Part shown: piece after piece, positions 42,093 to 52,137 of the stretch
How positions within the stretch are numbered: the stretch's first letter is position 1
Layout: each line of letters opens with the position of its first letter
Assembly (NCBI GenBank): GCA_964291295.2
Contig: OZ219754.1
Coordinates: 64,001 to 128,000 of the forward strand
Direction: 5' to 3'
DNA length: 64,000 nucleotides
Source: an uncultured Candidatus Binatia bacterium
Lineage (GTDB): Bacteria; Desulfobacterota; Binatia; UBA9968; JAJDTQ01
Translations under genes and position numbers: made by a program
Notes under the pieces: generated by a model
Database searches by the model: none
The model's input: only the letters and a program-made list of their open reading frames with translations
What the model was told of the DNA's origin: nothing

Positions 42093-43598
42093 CTACGGAA
42101 TACTCGCCCGCCAGTCGGGCAAGCGCGGGTGCGGGCGGCGGAACCCGTGGATGATATCGCTGTGGGCGAGGTCGTCATACCGGAACGAAGGCGGGTCCGA
42201 GTTGATCCGGGAGTGATACCGCATCAGTGTCAGATACCGTTTGACCAACTCGGGCAGCAGGAAGTTTCGGCGCACGTGCTCCCGTCCCTGCCGGCCGAGA
42301 GCGGCCGCCGCCTCGCCGTCATCCAGCACCGTTGCCATGTGCGAAGCGATGGCATCCACGTCCAGCGGCTCCACCAGGTAACCTGTCACGCCGTCGACGA
42401 TCTGCCGCTTGATGCCGCCCACCCGGGAACCGATCACCGGCGTCCCGTGCCAGAGTGCTTCTGTCACGACCAGCCCGAACCCTTCCCGGGTGGACACATG
42501 CACGAAGCCCCGCGCGATGCGCATCAGGGCGCCCACCACCCGGTCGTTGTCCTCGACGTTGACCCAGAACCGCACATCCGGGTGGCCGTCCGCCTGCCGC
42601 TTCAGGTCGTTCAGCACCCCCTCGCCCTCGGGGTCGTCGGACGCGGTGTTCCCGATGAAGAGGAGGCAGGGCTTCGGGTCCCGGCGCCGCCCCTCGCAAA
42701 GGCGCTGGAAGGCCTTCAGTATCGTGCCCTGGTTCTTGTGAACGTCGTAACGGGAAATGGCCGCGAGCAGGGGCCGTTCGGGGTCCACGCCGTGGGCCTG
42801 GAACAGGGGTTGCAGAATGTCCAGGGCTTCCGTCCGGGTATGGTGCCGGTTCTTCTCCGCCAGGGGGTCGATGCAGGGCATGATCTCGTACACCGGAATC
42901 TTGAGCCCCGGGCCCACGAACTCGTGCATGGTGAAGACGGCGCCGTCACAGTGGTTGACGTAGGGCAACAGGAAGCGCCAGACGGTCCGGTCGGGAGCCG
43001 AGGTATCGATGTGGCAGCGCCAGATGACGTTGCCGAGAATCGGCGCGTTCATGATCATGGCCGCCGGCTGCGGATCGTGGATGACGGTGAGATCCGACGC
43101 GATGAAGGTATTGCAGGCGTTCTCGTCGATGGTGTCGAGGTAGGCGCCGAAGATCTCCTCCAGGGAGATGGGCGGCCCCGCTCCCTGCAGCAGGTTGTGA
43201 AACTTCTTGGTGACCTGGAAGAACTCACGGTTGCCGCGAATGGTGCACCACCGGGCATCGACACCCAGCAGCCGGGCCAGGGGAACGGCGCTGCGAAGCA
43301 TCTCGGCCACTCCGCCGCCCACGGCCGTGGAGTTGACGTTCACCCAGCCGTGCCCTGTCAACGGCTCCGCAAGACGCCTGAGCTCGTCCAGCCCGGCCCT
43401 GCCGATGACCGCCTCATAGTCGGCGAGGCCGAAGGCTTGCTCCGGCCGATGTTCCTCCAGGCCGGCAACGGTCTCGTCCCTGTGGGCTTCGGGCGGCGGT
43501 GGGGGCGCGGGGAACCCCGGAGCGCCGGTGGTTTCGTTCAAGAACGTCAAGGCCTGCCCTCCTGTGCCATGAGAATGGGCAACGATTTGCCCGACCAT
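42093..43598 (-). CDS. treT: GT4 glycosyltransferase, trehalose synthase TreT-like
   Basis: NST..GGGVAEML, TKKFHNLLQG, IHDPQP, WRCHID, REGFGLVVTEALW. Start uncertain. Confidence 0.8.
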   Translation of the reverse strand: MVGQIVAHSHGTGGQALTFLNETTGAPGFPAPPPPPEAHRDETVAGLEEHRPEQAFGLADYEAVIGRAGLDELRRLAEPLTGHGWVNVNSTAVGGGVAEMLRSAVPLARLLGVDARWCTIRGNREFFQVTKKFHNLLQGAGPPISLEEIFGAYLDTIDENACNTFIASDLTVIHDPQPAAMIMNAPILGNVIWRCHIDTSAPDRTVWRFLLPYVNHCDGAVFTMHEFVGPGLKIPVYEIMPCIDPLAEKNRHHTRTEALDILQPLFQAHGVDPERPLLAAISRYDVHKNQGTILKAFQRLCEGRRRDPKPCLLFIGNTASDDPEGEGVLNDLKRQADGHPDVRFWVNVEDNDRVVGALMRIARGFVHVSTREGFGLVVTEALWHGTPVIGSRVGGIKRQIVDGVTGYLVEPLDVDAIASHMATVLDDGEAAAALGRQGREHVRRNFLLPELVKRYLTLMRYHSRINSDPPSFRYDDLAHSDIIHGFRRPHPRLPDWRASIP

Positions 43599-43650
43599 TA
43601 AAAGAGTTACGGACGAATGTCAACCGCCGTGGCGGGAACGAAAAGAGTTC

Positions 43651-43679
43651 TTGCCAGAGGGCCGGGGTTGAAGTATCCT
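43651..43679 (+). promoter_or_regulatory. Putative sigma70 promoter for the DUF502 gene
   Basis: TTGCCA-N17-TATCCT. Confidence 0.5.
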
Positions 43680-43712
43680 CTCACCACTTCGTTCACTCGA
43701 CCGACTCCCAGC

Positions 43713-44390
43713 ATGCATGCCAGAAAGCCCCATTTTCTGCGAAATACGATGATCACCGGGATCCTGATCCTGATCCCGCTGTTCGTCACCTACATCCTCA
43801 TCGCGTTCCTGTTCAACCTGCTGGGTAACGCGGGCGCGCCGATCATCCGCGGCTTCCTGGCCTTCCTCGACCTGGGCGAGATTCGTTGGTTGACGCCACT
43901 GGTTCCGTTCATCAACCTGGTCATCGTCCTGTCGCTGATCTTCTTCATCGGGCTGGTGGGCACCAACATCGTCGGCCGGCGCATCCTGGCGACGCTCAAC
44001 CAGGTGGTCATGCGTCTCCCTCTGGTGAGCACCGTCTACGGCGCGGTCAAGCAGGTGGTGGAGACCCTCCAGGGTCCTCACCGCAGCTTCCAGCGGGTGG
44101 TGCTGCTGGAGTATCCCAAACAGGGGGTGTGGATGATGGGGCTCGTGGCCACCCGCAGAACCGACACCTTCAACGTCTCCCCCGCCGAGACCCTGCTGGC
44201 CGTCTTCGTGCCGACGACGCCGAACCCCACCTCCGGCTTTCTCGTACTGGTGCCCGAGGAAGAGGTTGTCGAAACCGACTACACCGTCGAGGAAGCCTTC
44301 AAGTTCATCGTCTCGTCCGGCATCGTCGGCAGAGAGTTTGCGCCGCCGGAACGGGTGCCCGAGCGGGTAACGGAGGCCGTTCCGGAATAG
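43713..44390 (+). CDS. DUF502 membrane protein
   Basis: Two TM segments; P.V..VY..VKQ, VL.EYP..G, VFVPTTPNPTSGFL, EEA.K.I.S.G. Confidence 0.92.
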   Translation: MHARKPHFLRNTMITGILILIPLFVTYILIAFLFNLLGNAGAPIIRGFLAFLDLGEIRWLTPLVPFINLVIVLSLIFFIGLVGTNIVGRRILATLNQVVMRLPLVSTVYGAVKQVVETLQGPHRSFQRVVLLEYPKQGVWMMGLVATRRTDTFNVSPAETLLAVFVPTTPNPTSGFLVLVPEEEVVETDYTVEEAFKFIVSSGIVGREFAPPERVPERVTEAVPE

Positions 44391-44405
44391 CGCCGGGAGC
44401 TCTCC

Positions 44406-45893
44406 TCACGCCGGCATCCCGGCGGAAGGTTCGTTGGGTGGCGGCGCGGGCTCCGGGGTCCCACCGGGGTCGGCGAAGCGGTCGTTGAGGGTCTGCACGT
44501 AGCCGTTGGCTTCGGTGATGACCTGAGAGAGTTGCCGACGGGTGCTCTGGCTCCAGCCGTACGGGCGGACGGTGAAGGTGGCCCGGAACAGGCGGGTGCT
44601 CTTGCGGAAACCGGCGGCAAGAGCATCCAGCACCGTCCCGTCGCGGCCGCTGTCCAGTTCCGCTCCGAGCCGCTTGAGCAGGCGGCGGGTGACAAGCCGC
44701 CGGAAGGTATGATGGATATAGCCGGCGGCCCCGGCCACCACCGCCAGCGCCGCCCAGGCCCACCCTGATTCGGTCCACAGAGCGGTCCAGAAGGGATGCG
44801 AGAACCGCAGGCCGTTCCATTCTCCGGTCCACAGGGTCCAGATCAGGGCGATGACGACAAGCCCCGCGAAGGCGATGCCGTCCAGCCAGCGGACCCGCCG
44901 CCGCCATTCCGTGATCATCGCCTGCAGGCGCGGCACCAGACGCAACTCGATATCACGGGCGCCCTGCTCGAGCACTCCCATGACGCGGTAGGCCCGGTCC
45001 ACCTCCACCTGCCGGATGCGCCGGTGGATCTCGACCAGGTCGACGTCGCGCTTCTGCTCGAAGCGCGCGCGCAGCCCCTCGTCCTCGATGGAGATGGCCG
45101 CGCCGGGACTGTAGATGCAATAGAACCGCCCCGCGGTAAGCCCCTTCTGCGCCAGCGCCCGCTGCCACGAGCCCACGATGTCCTCCGGGTTGTTCTCGCG
45201 GGCCGTGTGGTCCATCTGGTTCAGCACATACAGGAACTTGCTCGAATCGGTCCGGTGAATCGTCTCCGCCACCAGGTGCTGGAGGGTGTCCTGCATGGTG
45301 CCGGGTTCCGGATGCCTGGCGTCGAAGAACACCAGCACGAGATCCGCAAGGTCCATGATGTGGTCGGTGACGCGCAAGGTTTCCGTCCGCTGCTGGTCGG
45401 CGTCGAACCCCGGCGAGTCGATGATGATCTTGCCCCGAAGCACCTCGCTCGGGCAGGTCTTGAGCTGGAGATAGGCATCGATACGGCTTCCTTCGCCCGC
45501 GCTGGTCTCCTCGATGGCCCGGCTCATCTTGTAGAACGGAAACCGGGGGTCGGCGTCCAGCGCCACCCCCGGCAGCACCCGGACACCTTCCTCCCTGCCG
45601 AAGCACAGCACCGTAAACCGGTCGTCCACCGCCTGGTTGCCGGTGGGCTGCACCGGCTGGGCCAGGAAATCGTTGATGAACGTCGACTTGCCGGACGAGT
45701 AGGTGCCCAGGACGGCCACCAGCGGCCACCACGGAATGCGCGTGGCATGGGACTCGTCGGGGCCAAGAAACCCCAACCGGCGCGAGATGGCGTCGAGCTT
45801 GCGGAAACTCCGAACCGCGCTCAGAAGAATCGGGTTCTCCGTGCGCAGGTGATTCTCCAGGCTTTCCAGCCTCGCTTCCAGTTCAGCCGGCAC
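44406..45893 (-). CDS. Dynamin-superfamily (EHD-like) NTPase with two TM helices
   Basis: G1 GTYSSGKST, G3 DSPG, G4-like NQMD; two hydrophobic segments near the C-terminus. Confidence 0.82.
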   Translation of the reverse strand: MPAELEARLESLENHLRTENPILLSAVRSFRKLDAISRRLGFLGPDESHATRIPWWPLVAVLGTYSSGKSTFINDFLAQPVQPTGNQAVDDRFTVLCFGREEGVRVLPGVALDADPRFPFYKMSRAIEETSAGEGSRIDAYLQLKTCPSEVLRGKIIIDSPGFDADQQRTETLRVTDHIMDLADLVLVFFDARHPEPGTMQDTLQHLVAETIHRTDSSKFLYVLNQMDHTARENNPEDIVGSWQRALAQKGLTAGRFYCIYSPGAAISIEDEGLRARFEQKRDVDLVEIHRRIRQVEVDRAYRVMGVLEQGARDIELRLVPRLQAMITEWRRRVRWLDGIAFAGLVVIALIWTLWTGEWNGLRFSHPFWTALWTESGWAWAALAVVAGAAGYIHHTFRRLVTRRLLKRLGAELDSGRDGTVLDALAAGFRKSTRLFRATFTVRPYGWSQSTRRQLSQVITEANGYVQTLNDRFADPGGTPEPAPPPNEPSAGMPA

Positions 45894-45911
45894 GGCCCCC
45901 CCTTCGTTCGT

Positions 45912-46928
45912 CTACGCGTCCGGGCCGCCGACCGCCGCGCCGGCGGTCGCCAGCCGCTGCAACGCGCGCGCGACATAAACGCGGGTCATGCGCTTTCGAT
46001 ACCAGTAATCCATGTCCGCATTGTCCAGCGGATGGGATACGCGCATGGCCCGTTCCGCAGCTTCGGCGATGGCGGCACCGTCCAACGGCTTGCCGCACAG
46101 AACTTCGGGCGCGGCTTCCACCACCTTGGGCGCGGAAGCCACCGCGGTCAGCACGATCCTGGCCTGCGCGCAGATCCCCGAACCATCGACCCGCAGGGCC
46201 GCCGCCACGCCCAGCACGGGGAAGTCGAAGGAGCCTCTGCGACGCAGCTTGAGGTAGACGTTGCGCCATCCGAACGACTCCTCCGGGATCCACACCCCCT
46301 GCAACAACTCGTCCGGCTGCTTGGCCAGATAGTGGATGCCGTCGTCCCGGTACAGGCTGCCCAGCAGCACCTGGCGGCGGCCTCCGGCGCCCACGAGAAC
46401 GGCCTCGGCGCCGAGACTGCCGAGCACCGGCGCGGTGTCCGAGGAGCAGATGGCGAGGCAGACGCGGCTCCCCGGCGCCACCAGACAGATGTCTCCGTCC
46501 TTCTTCAGGCAGAAACCCACGGCCTGACGCCAGAAGAACGACTGGTCATAGTAGTTGCAGCGCGTGTCCACGAACAGATTGCCGCCGATGGTGCCGGCGT
46601 TGCGCAGCTGAAGCGTCGAGACCAGGCCGGCCGCGTCCGCCAGCGCCGGAAAGGCGCGGCGCACCGTCGCATGGCCGGACACCGCGCTCAAGGTTTCCCC
46701 GGCGCCGACCCACAGCCCGCGCCCCTCTTCCCGGCGGATGCCCCGATGTTCTTCCACCCGGCTCAGCGAAACCAGGTAGCGCGGCGTGAACTGCCCCCGC
46801 TTCATCTTGGGATAGACGTCGGTACCGGCGGCCACGGCCATGGCCGCCGGCCCCAGCTCCCTCAGCGCACGCGACGCCTCCGCCAGGGTCCGGGGCCTGA
46901 TATAGGTGAAGTCGGGAAGTCGCAGCAC
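45912..46928 (-). CDS. hcrB: 4-hydroxybenzoyl-CoA reductase-like FAD/[4Fe-4S] subunit
   Basis: AAGTD, RNAGTIGGNL, Cys insert RCNYY..C.KK.G..C.....C, SD.AP, Y.K.R.R.SFDFP. Confidence 0.75.
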   Translation of the reverse strand: MLRLPDFTYIRPRTLAEASRALRELGPAAMAVAAGTDVYPKMKRGQFTPRYLVSLSRVEEHRGIRREEGRGLWVGAGETLSAVSGHATVRRAFPALADAAGLVSTLQLRNAGTIGGNLFVDTRCNYYDQSFFWRQAVGFCLKKDGDICLVAPGSRVCLAICSSDTAPVLGSLGAEAVLVGAGGRRQVLLGSLYRDDGIHYLAKQPDELLQGVWIPEESFGWRNVYLKLRRRGSFDFPVLGVAAALRVDGSGICAQARIVLTAVASAPKVVEAAPEVLCGKPLDGAAIAEAAERAMRVSHPLDNADMDYWYRKRMTRVYVARALQRLATAGAAVGGPDA

Positions 46929-46932
46929 GGCA

Positions 46933-49326
46933 TCAACTCTTCTGCGGCACCTCGACGCCCTGCCCCGGGGCCCAGCGAATGGGCGCGGGGAACGCGAAGT
47001 CGGGCACCGTGGGGGCCTTGAGCCGGTGGTCCAGGGCCCGCAGGATCTTGTCCGGGGTCACGGGTATCTCATGCAGGCGCACCCCCACGGCGTCATGAAC
47101 GGCATTGGCCACGGCCGGGATCACCGGCAGCAACGGACCCTGGCCCGCCTCCTTGGCGCCGAAGGGACCCTCGGGATCGTCGGTCTCCACCAGGATGGTC
47201 TCGATGGGCGGCGTTTCCAGCGTTGTCGGGCTTTTGTATTCGAGGATCGATGGAATCTTGTGCACACCGGATTTCCGGAACACCTGCTCCTCCATCAGCA
47301 CCTCGCCCAGGGCCATGTAGACGCTGCCCTCCACCTGTCCCTGCACCCACAGCGGGTTGAAGGCGCGGCCGCAGTCGTGGGCGATCCACACCTTGTCGAT
47401 GTGGAGCGCGCCGGTGGCACTGTCGCAGTGGAGCTCCACGACCGCGGCGGAGTAGCTGTAGGCCGGGGTGGGGCCGACCCCCGCCCCCTTGTAGTCGCCC
47501 GGATGGCGGGGCGGCCGGTAGCTGCCGGTGGCGCCCAGCGTGCCGAACCGGCTCTCCGTCCGCTCGACGCATTCGGCAAAACCCAGCGCCCGGTCGGGCA
47601 GGCTGCGGCTCCGCACCCGGCCCTCCGCCATCTCCAGGTCGTCGGCGGGCACCTCCAGGAGTTCGGCGGCGACCTGGAACAGGCGCTCCCTGAGGTTGCC
47701 GCAGGCCTGGATGGCGGCGTTGCCGGTCATCACCGTGACCCGGCTGGAATAGCTTCCCAGGTCCACCGGTGTGAGGTCGGTATCGGCGGTCACCACCCGC
47801 ACGTCCGCCGGCTGAAGCCCCAACTCTTCCGCCACCGCAAAGGCCAGGACGGAATCGGAGCCCTGGCCGATCTCCGTGGAGCCGCAGAAGACGGTGACGC
47901 CGCCGCCCCGGTCGGCGCGGAGCTGGACCCCCGAGTGGGGCATGTCGTTCCAGTAGATGGGCAGGCCGGCGCCGCTGATGTAGGAGCTGGCGGCGAAGCC
48001 GACGCCGTGTCCCCAGGGCAGCGAACGATGCTTCGCCTTCCAGCCTGAGCGCTCGGCCACCTTCTCGATGCACTCCCGCAGCCCGATGGTGCTGACCCGC
48101 AGGCCGTTCACCGTAACGGTGCCGGGCTCCACCACCTGCTTGAGCCGCAACTCCACCGGATCCATGCCCAGCTTCTCCGCGATCTCGTCGAGCTGCACCT
48201 CCATGGCGAACCGGGGCTGGGGCGTGCCGTGGCCGCGCTTGGGGCCGCAGGGCGGCTTGTTGGTGAACACCCGCGCGCCTTCGAACTTGTAGGCCGGCAG
48301 ACGGTAGGTCACGGTCTGCAACGCCCCGGTGTAGTAGACCGTGGCCAGTCCGTAGCTGCTGTAGCCGCCGCCGTCGAGAAAAGACCGGAACCACATGGCC
48401 TTGAGCGTGCCGTCACGCTTGACCCCGGTCCGCATCCACATCTTCACCGGGTGGCGCCCCCGGTGGACATAGAAAGACTCTTCCCGGCTGAGCGTGATCT
48501 TCACCGGTCGGCCGGTGATCATGGCCAGCCTGGCCACCGCGATCTCGTGGGAGAACGGGTCGCTCTTGCCGCCGAAGCCGCCGCCCACCGGCGTGGCGAC
48601 GACCCGGATGCGGCCCATGGGCAGGTCCAGAACCCGGGAAAGGGCCCGGTGCACGTAATGGGGCGTCTGGGTCGAAGACCATAGCGTCAGCTTGCCGTCC
48701 GGGGTGAAGGTCGCCAGCGCGCAGTACTGTTCCATCGGCAAGTGGGTGTTGCCCTGGAAGAAATACGTGCCCTCGACGATCTCGTCCGCCTCCTCGAAAC
48801 CGGCGTCGACGTCGCCGAACTCGAAGGAGACCGCCTTCTGGACGTTGGCTTGCCGGTTCCAGGTGTGGATGCGGCGGTCTGCCGCCCGGAGGGCCTCTTC
48901 GATGGAAAGAACGGGGTCGAGCACCTCGTAGTCGACATCGATGAGGCGCAACGCCTCCTCCGCCGCGTCCTCGCTGGCGGCGGCCACGGCCGCCACCGGG
49001 TCGCCGACGTAGCGGACCTTGTCCACCGCCAGCGCCTCCTCATCCTGGGTCGACGGCATGATGCCGAACTTCGTGGGCACGTCCTCGCCGGTGATGACCG
49101 CGTGGACTCCGGGCAGTTCTCGTGCCCGCCGCACCGACACGCCGTGAATCAGCGCATGCGGATGCGGGCTGCGCAACAGCCGGGAGAAGAGCATGCGCGG
49201 CATCGCCAGGTCGTCCGCATAACGTGTGCCGCCCGCACACTTGGCCGGCCCGTCGATGCGCGGCAACGGCTTGCCGATGACGGAGAAACCCTTCTTCTTC
49301 ATGGCCTTCCCGCTCACCCTTGCCAT
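46933..49326 (-). CDS. hcrA: Xanthine-oxidase-family Mo subunit, 4-hydroxybenzoyl-CoA reductase alpha-like
   Basis: LRSPHPHA, STQ.PH, GGGFGGK, RGHG.PQ, EIGQG, GSYSSRVT, GQVEGS, GPFGAKE. Start 49326 or 49302. Confidence 0.75.
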   Translation of the reverse strand: MARVSGKAMKKKGFSVIGKPLPRIDGPAKCAGGTRYADDLAMPRMLFSRLLRSPHPHALIHGVSVRRARELPGVHAVITGEDVPTKFGIMPSTQDEEALAVDKVRYVGDPVAAVAAASEDAAEEALRLIDVDYEVLDPVLSIEEALRAADRRIHTWNRQANVQKAVSFEFGDVDAGFEEADEIVEGTYFFQGNTHLPMEQYCALATFTPDGKLTLWSSTQTPHYVHRALSRVLDLPMGRIRVVATPVGGGFGGKSDPFSHEIAVARLAMITGRPVKITLSREESFYVHRGRHPVKMWMRTGVKRDGTLKAMWFRSFLDGGGYSSYGLATVYYTGALQTVTYRLPAYKFEGARVFTNKPPCGPKRGHGTPQPRFAMEVQLDEIAEKLGMDPVELRLKQVVEPGTVTVNGLRVSTIGLRECIEKVAERSGWKAKHRSLPWGHGVGFAASSYISGAGLPIYWNDMPHSGVQLRADRGGGVTVFCGSTEIGQGSDSVLAFAVAEELGLQPADVRVVTADTDLTPVDLGSYSSRVTVMTGNAAIQACGNLRERLFQVAAELLEVPADDLEMAEGRVRSRSLPDRALGFAECVERTESRFGTLGATGSYRPPRHPGDYKGAGVGPTPAYSYSAAVVELHCDSATGALHIDKVWIAHDCGRAFNPLWVQGQVEGSVYMALGEVLMEEQVFRKSGVHKIPSILEYKSPTTLETPPIETILVETDDPEGPFGAKEAGQGPLLPVIPAVANAVHDAVGVRLHEIPVTPDKILRALDHRLKAPTVPDFAFPAPIRWAPGQGVEVPQKS

Positions 49327-49799
49327 CCGTCCGTTTCCTTGACCGCCCGCTCCACCGCCTCGATGATCTTGGTATAGCCGGTGCAGCGGCACAGATTGCC
49401 CGACAACGCCTCCTCGATGTCGGCGCGCGCCGGGTCGGGCCGCTTGTCCAGGAGCGCCTTGGCCGCCAGCAGGATGCCGGGAATGCAGTAGCCGCACTGG
49501 GCCGCGCCCAGGTCGGCGAACGCCCGCTGCAGGGGATGAGGCCGGCCCGCGCGGGCAAGGCCCTCCACCGTGGTGATCTCCGGCCCCTCGGCCTCCACCG
49601 CCAGCACGAGGCACGAATAGACGGGCTCCCCGCCCACGAGCACCGTGCAGGTGCCGCACTCCCCCAGCTCGCAGCCGTGCTTGGTGCCGGTGAGTCCCAT
49701 CTCCTCCCGCAGCACCTCCAGCAGGCTGTGGGTGACGTGGCCCGCCACCTCGCAAAGCTCGCCATTGACCCGCAGGCGCAACAGGCGCATTCCCGCCAT
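49314..49799 (-). CDS. hcrC: 2x[2Fe-2S] small subunit of the Mo-hydroxylase
   Basis: GTK.GCE.GECG.CTV, SC, QCGYC.PG, GNLCRCTGY. Confidence 0.8.
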   Translation of the reverse strand: MAGMRLLRLRVNGELCEVAGHVTHSLLEVLREEMGLTGTKHGCELGECGTCTVLVGGEPVYSCLVLAVEAEGPEITTVEGLARAGRPHPLQRAFADLGAAQCGYCIPGILLAAKALLDKRPDPARADIEEALSGNLCRCTGYTKIIEAVERAVKETDGWQG

Positions 49800-49825
49800 C
49801 GTCTCGATGCTGGAAGGATTGTCGC

Positions 49826-51076
49826 TCAATTCCGGAAGAACCTCCTGGCCTTGAGTTCGAAACGGGGCAGCGTCCCCGGCGCCACCACCTCCACCACCGG
49901 GCGGAGGTGCAGGCCGTGCCGAATGGATTCGGTCACGCCCTCCTGGAGCCCCGCCGCACCCGCCGCCGTGGCCGGCTCCACCGTGATCTTGAGTTCGGCC
50001 AGACCATCGCTCTCCCGCACCTCGACGCGGAACTCCTCGATCTCGGGAAACCGCCGCAGGACGCCTTCCACCGCGCTCGGGAAAACGTTGACGCCCCGCA
50101 CCACCCACATGTCATCGACGCGCCCGAGAACGCCCCCCTTCAACACCAGCGAGCCGCGCCCGCAGGCGCAGCGGCCGCGGCGGGGCTCCACCAGGTCGCC
50201 GGTGCGGTAGCGGATGACCGGGCTCCCCACCCGGCCCAGATTCGTCAGCACCAACTCGCCCCGACCGCCGTCCGGCACCGGCTCGCCCCTCTCCGGGTCC
50301 ACCACCTCGGCGACGAACTCATCCTCGTTGACATGCACGCCCCCCGCCGGCACCCCGCAGGCGAAGCCGAAGGCGCCCACCTCGGTGGCCCCGGTGTGGT
50401 CGAAGCAGCGGGCGCCCCACGCCTCCTCGATGCGCTGCTTCGTCGCGGCGATGCTGGCCCCGGGTTCCCCCGCGTGGACGGTGATGCGGACAGCGGAGTC
50501 CCGGGCCGGGTCCATGCCCGCCCGGCGCGCCTCCGCCGCCATGTGCAGGGCATACGTCGGGGTGCAGACCAACACGGTGGCGCCGTAGTCCAGCAGGCTC
50601 CTGAGCCGCTGCCGCGTGGTCTGCGCCGCGCCGGAAATGGCCAGCGCGCCGACCTTGCGGGCGCCTTCCCAACCGCTCCAGAAGCCCACGAACGGCCCGA
50701 AGGAAAACGGGAAGAAGATCCGGTCCCCGGCTTCGACCCCGGCCGCCTCCAGCACCGCCCTCCAGCACTCGCCCCACCAGTCCCAGGATGCCTCGGTGTC
50801 CAGCCAGTACATGGGCCGTCCGGTGGTGCCCGAGGTCTGATGCACGCGAATGTACCGCTCCAGCGGATACGTCAGGTCACTGCCGAAGGGTGGATGCCGG
50901 ATCTGATCGTCCACCAGCTCCTGCTTGGTGGTAAACGGCAGGCGGGACAGCGGTTCCCGTCCCCGCAGAGGCGGCACCGCGCACCCCGCGAGCTTGCGAC
51001 GATAGAACCCGTTGGTCCGGAGCACCTCGCCGAGCATGTCGTTGAGCCTGTCCAGCCGGGCGCGTTCCATGTCCAT
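49826..51076 (-). CDS. Phenylacetate-CoA ligase family (aryl-CoA ligase)
   Basis: LPFTTK, TSGTTGRP, TPTYA, AGEPG, G.TE, IRYRTGD, GRVDDM..VRGVNVFPS. Confidence 0.9.
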   Translation of the reverse strand: MDMERARLDRLNDMLGEVLRTNGFYRRKLAGCAVPPLRGREPLSRLPFTTKQELVDDQIRHPPFGSDLTYPLERYIRVHQTSGTTGRPMYWLDTEASWDWWGECWRAVLEAAGVEAGDRIFFPFSFGPFVGFWSGWEGARKVGALAISGAAQTTRQRLRSLLDYGATVLVCTPTYALHMAAEARRAGMDPARDSAVRITVHAGEPGASIAATKQRIEEAWGARCFDHTGATEVGAFGFACGVPAGGVHVNEDEFVAEVVDPERGEPVPDGGRGELVLTNLGRVGSPVIRYRTGDLVEPRRGRCACGRGSLVLKGGVLGRVDDMWVVRGVNVFPSAVEGVLRRFPEIEEFRVEVRESDGLAELKITVEPATAAGAAGLQEGVTESIRHGLHLRPVVEVVAPGTLPRFELKARRFFRN

Positions 51077-51133
51077 TCAACCTTGACACGGAACGCCGGC
51101 GGGGCTCAAGCTTTCCCGCCACGGCGCGGCCGG

Positions 51134-52048
51134 TCAGCCCAGGCGCTGGCCGGGACGAATGCCGGCCGCGCCGGCGTATTCCGCGGCGGCCACCTTGTGC
51201 CGCCGGTCGTGGGGCCTCACCCGCTGCACCACCACGCTCGCACCGCCGGCGGCCACCGCCATGCCGGCGCCGGAAATATCCAGAACCTCTCCGTGGGTTC
51301 CCGTCCCGGTTCCCAACCGGCTGCCATACAGCTTCAACCTGTTCCCGCGGGCGGTGGTCCAGGCCCCGGGTTGAGGGTCGGTGCCGCAAATGAGGCGATG
51401 GACCTCTTCCGCCGGCCTGGACCAGTCGACTTCGGCATCCGCCTCGCGGCACCAGCCCTCGTAGGTGGCGCGGCCGTGGTCCTGGGCGATGCGCGGCGCC
51501 TTCCCGACGCGCACCAACTCCACCGCCTCCGCCATGGCATTGATGCCCATGGGAAAAAGCTTGTCGAAGTAGAGGCTGCCCACGGTATCGTCCCGGGCGA
51601 TGGCCACCTCCTTCTGCAACAGGATCGGGCCCTCGTCCAATCCTTCGTCGGGCCAGAAGATGGTAAGGCCGGTCTTGTCGTCCCCCATGATACGCGCCCA
51701 GTTGATGGAGCTGGGGCCGCGGTGCCGCGGCAGCAGCGACGGGTGATACTGGATGGTGCCCAGCCTCGGCGCATCCAGCACCCGTTGCGGCACCATCAGG
51801 GTGACGTAGGCCATGACGCACAGGTCGGCGTGAAAGGACTTCACGAACTCGAACGCCGGGTCCGTCTTCCAGGTCGTGGGCTGGTGCACCGGCAACCCCC
51901 GCTCCCGGGCCGCCTGCTTGAGCGGGTCCGGGGGCCGGCCCTCGCGGTCCGGCGGACAGAAGACCCCCGCCACCTCGTCCGGCACCGCCGCCAGCCGTTC
52001 CAGCACCGCCTTGCCGAACGCCTGCTGCCCGTGGATCAGAATCCGCAT
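51134..52048 (-). CDS. Methionyl-tRNA formyltransferase-like 10-formyl-THF-binding protein
   Basis: YHPSLLPRHRGPSSINW, DEGLD.G.ILLQ, C-terminal DP.PGAW domain. Confidence 0.85.
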   Translation of the reverse strand: MRILIHGQQAFGKAVLERLAAVPDEVAGVFCPPDREGRPPDPLKQAARERGLPVHQPTTWKTDPAFEFVKSFHADLCVMAYVTLMVPQRVLDAPRLGTIQYHPSLLPRHRGPSSINWARIMGDDKTGLTIFWPDEGLDEGPILLQKEVAIARDDTVGSLYFDKLFPMGINAMAEAVELVRVGKAPRIAQDHGRATYEGWCREADAEVDWSRPAEEVHRLICGTDPQPGAWTTARGNRLKLYGSRLGTGTGTHGEVLDISGAGMAVAAGGASVVVQRVRPHDRRHKVAAAEYAGAAGIRPGQRLG

Positions 52049-52137
52049 CGGACTCCTCCGCACCCCGCGGCACTGACGCGCGGATGAACTTCATGGGCGC
52101 GGGTCATGCGCCGCGTCACGCCGTTCCGGGAACTTCG

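Noticed and set aside
45912-49799. Aerobic CO dehydrogenase (coxMSL), suggested by coxG elsewhere in the window
   Set aside because: The large subunit lacks the AYxCSFR / AYRGAGR loop, and the FAD subunit has the HcrB-type [4Fe-4S] insert.
51083-51112. TTGACA on the + strand between the ligase and formyltransferase genes
   Set aside because: No adequate -10 at 16-18 bp, and it would be antisense to the operon.
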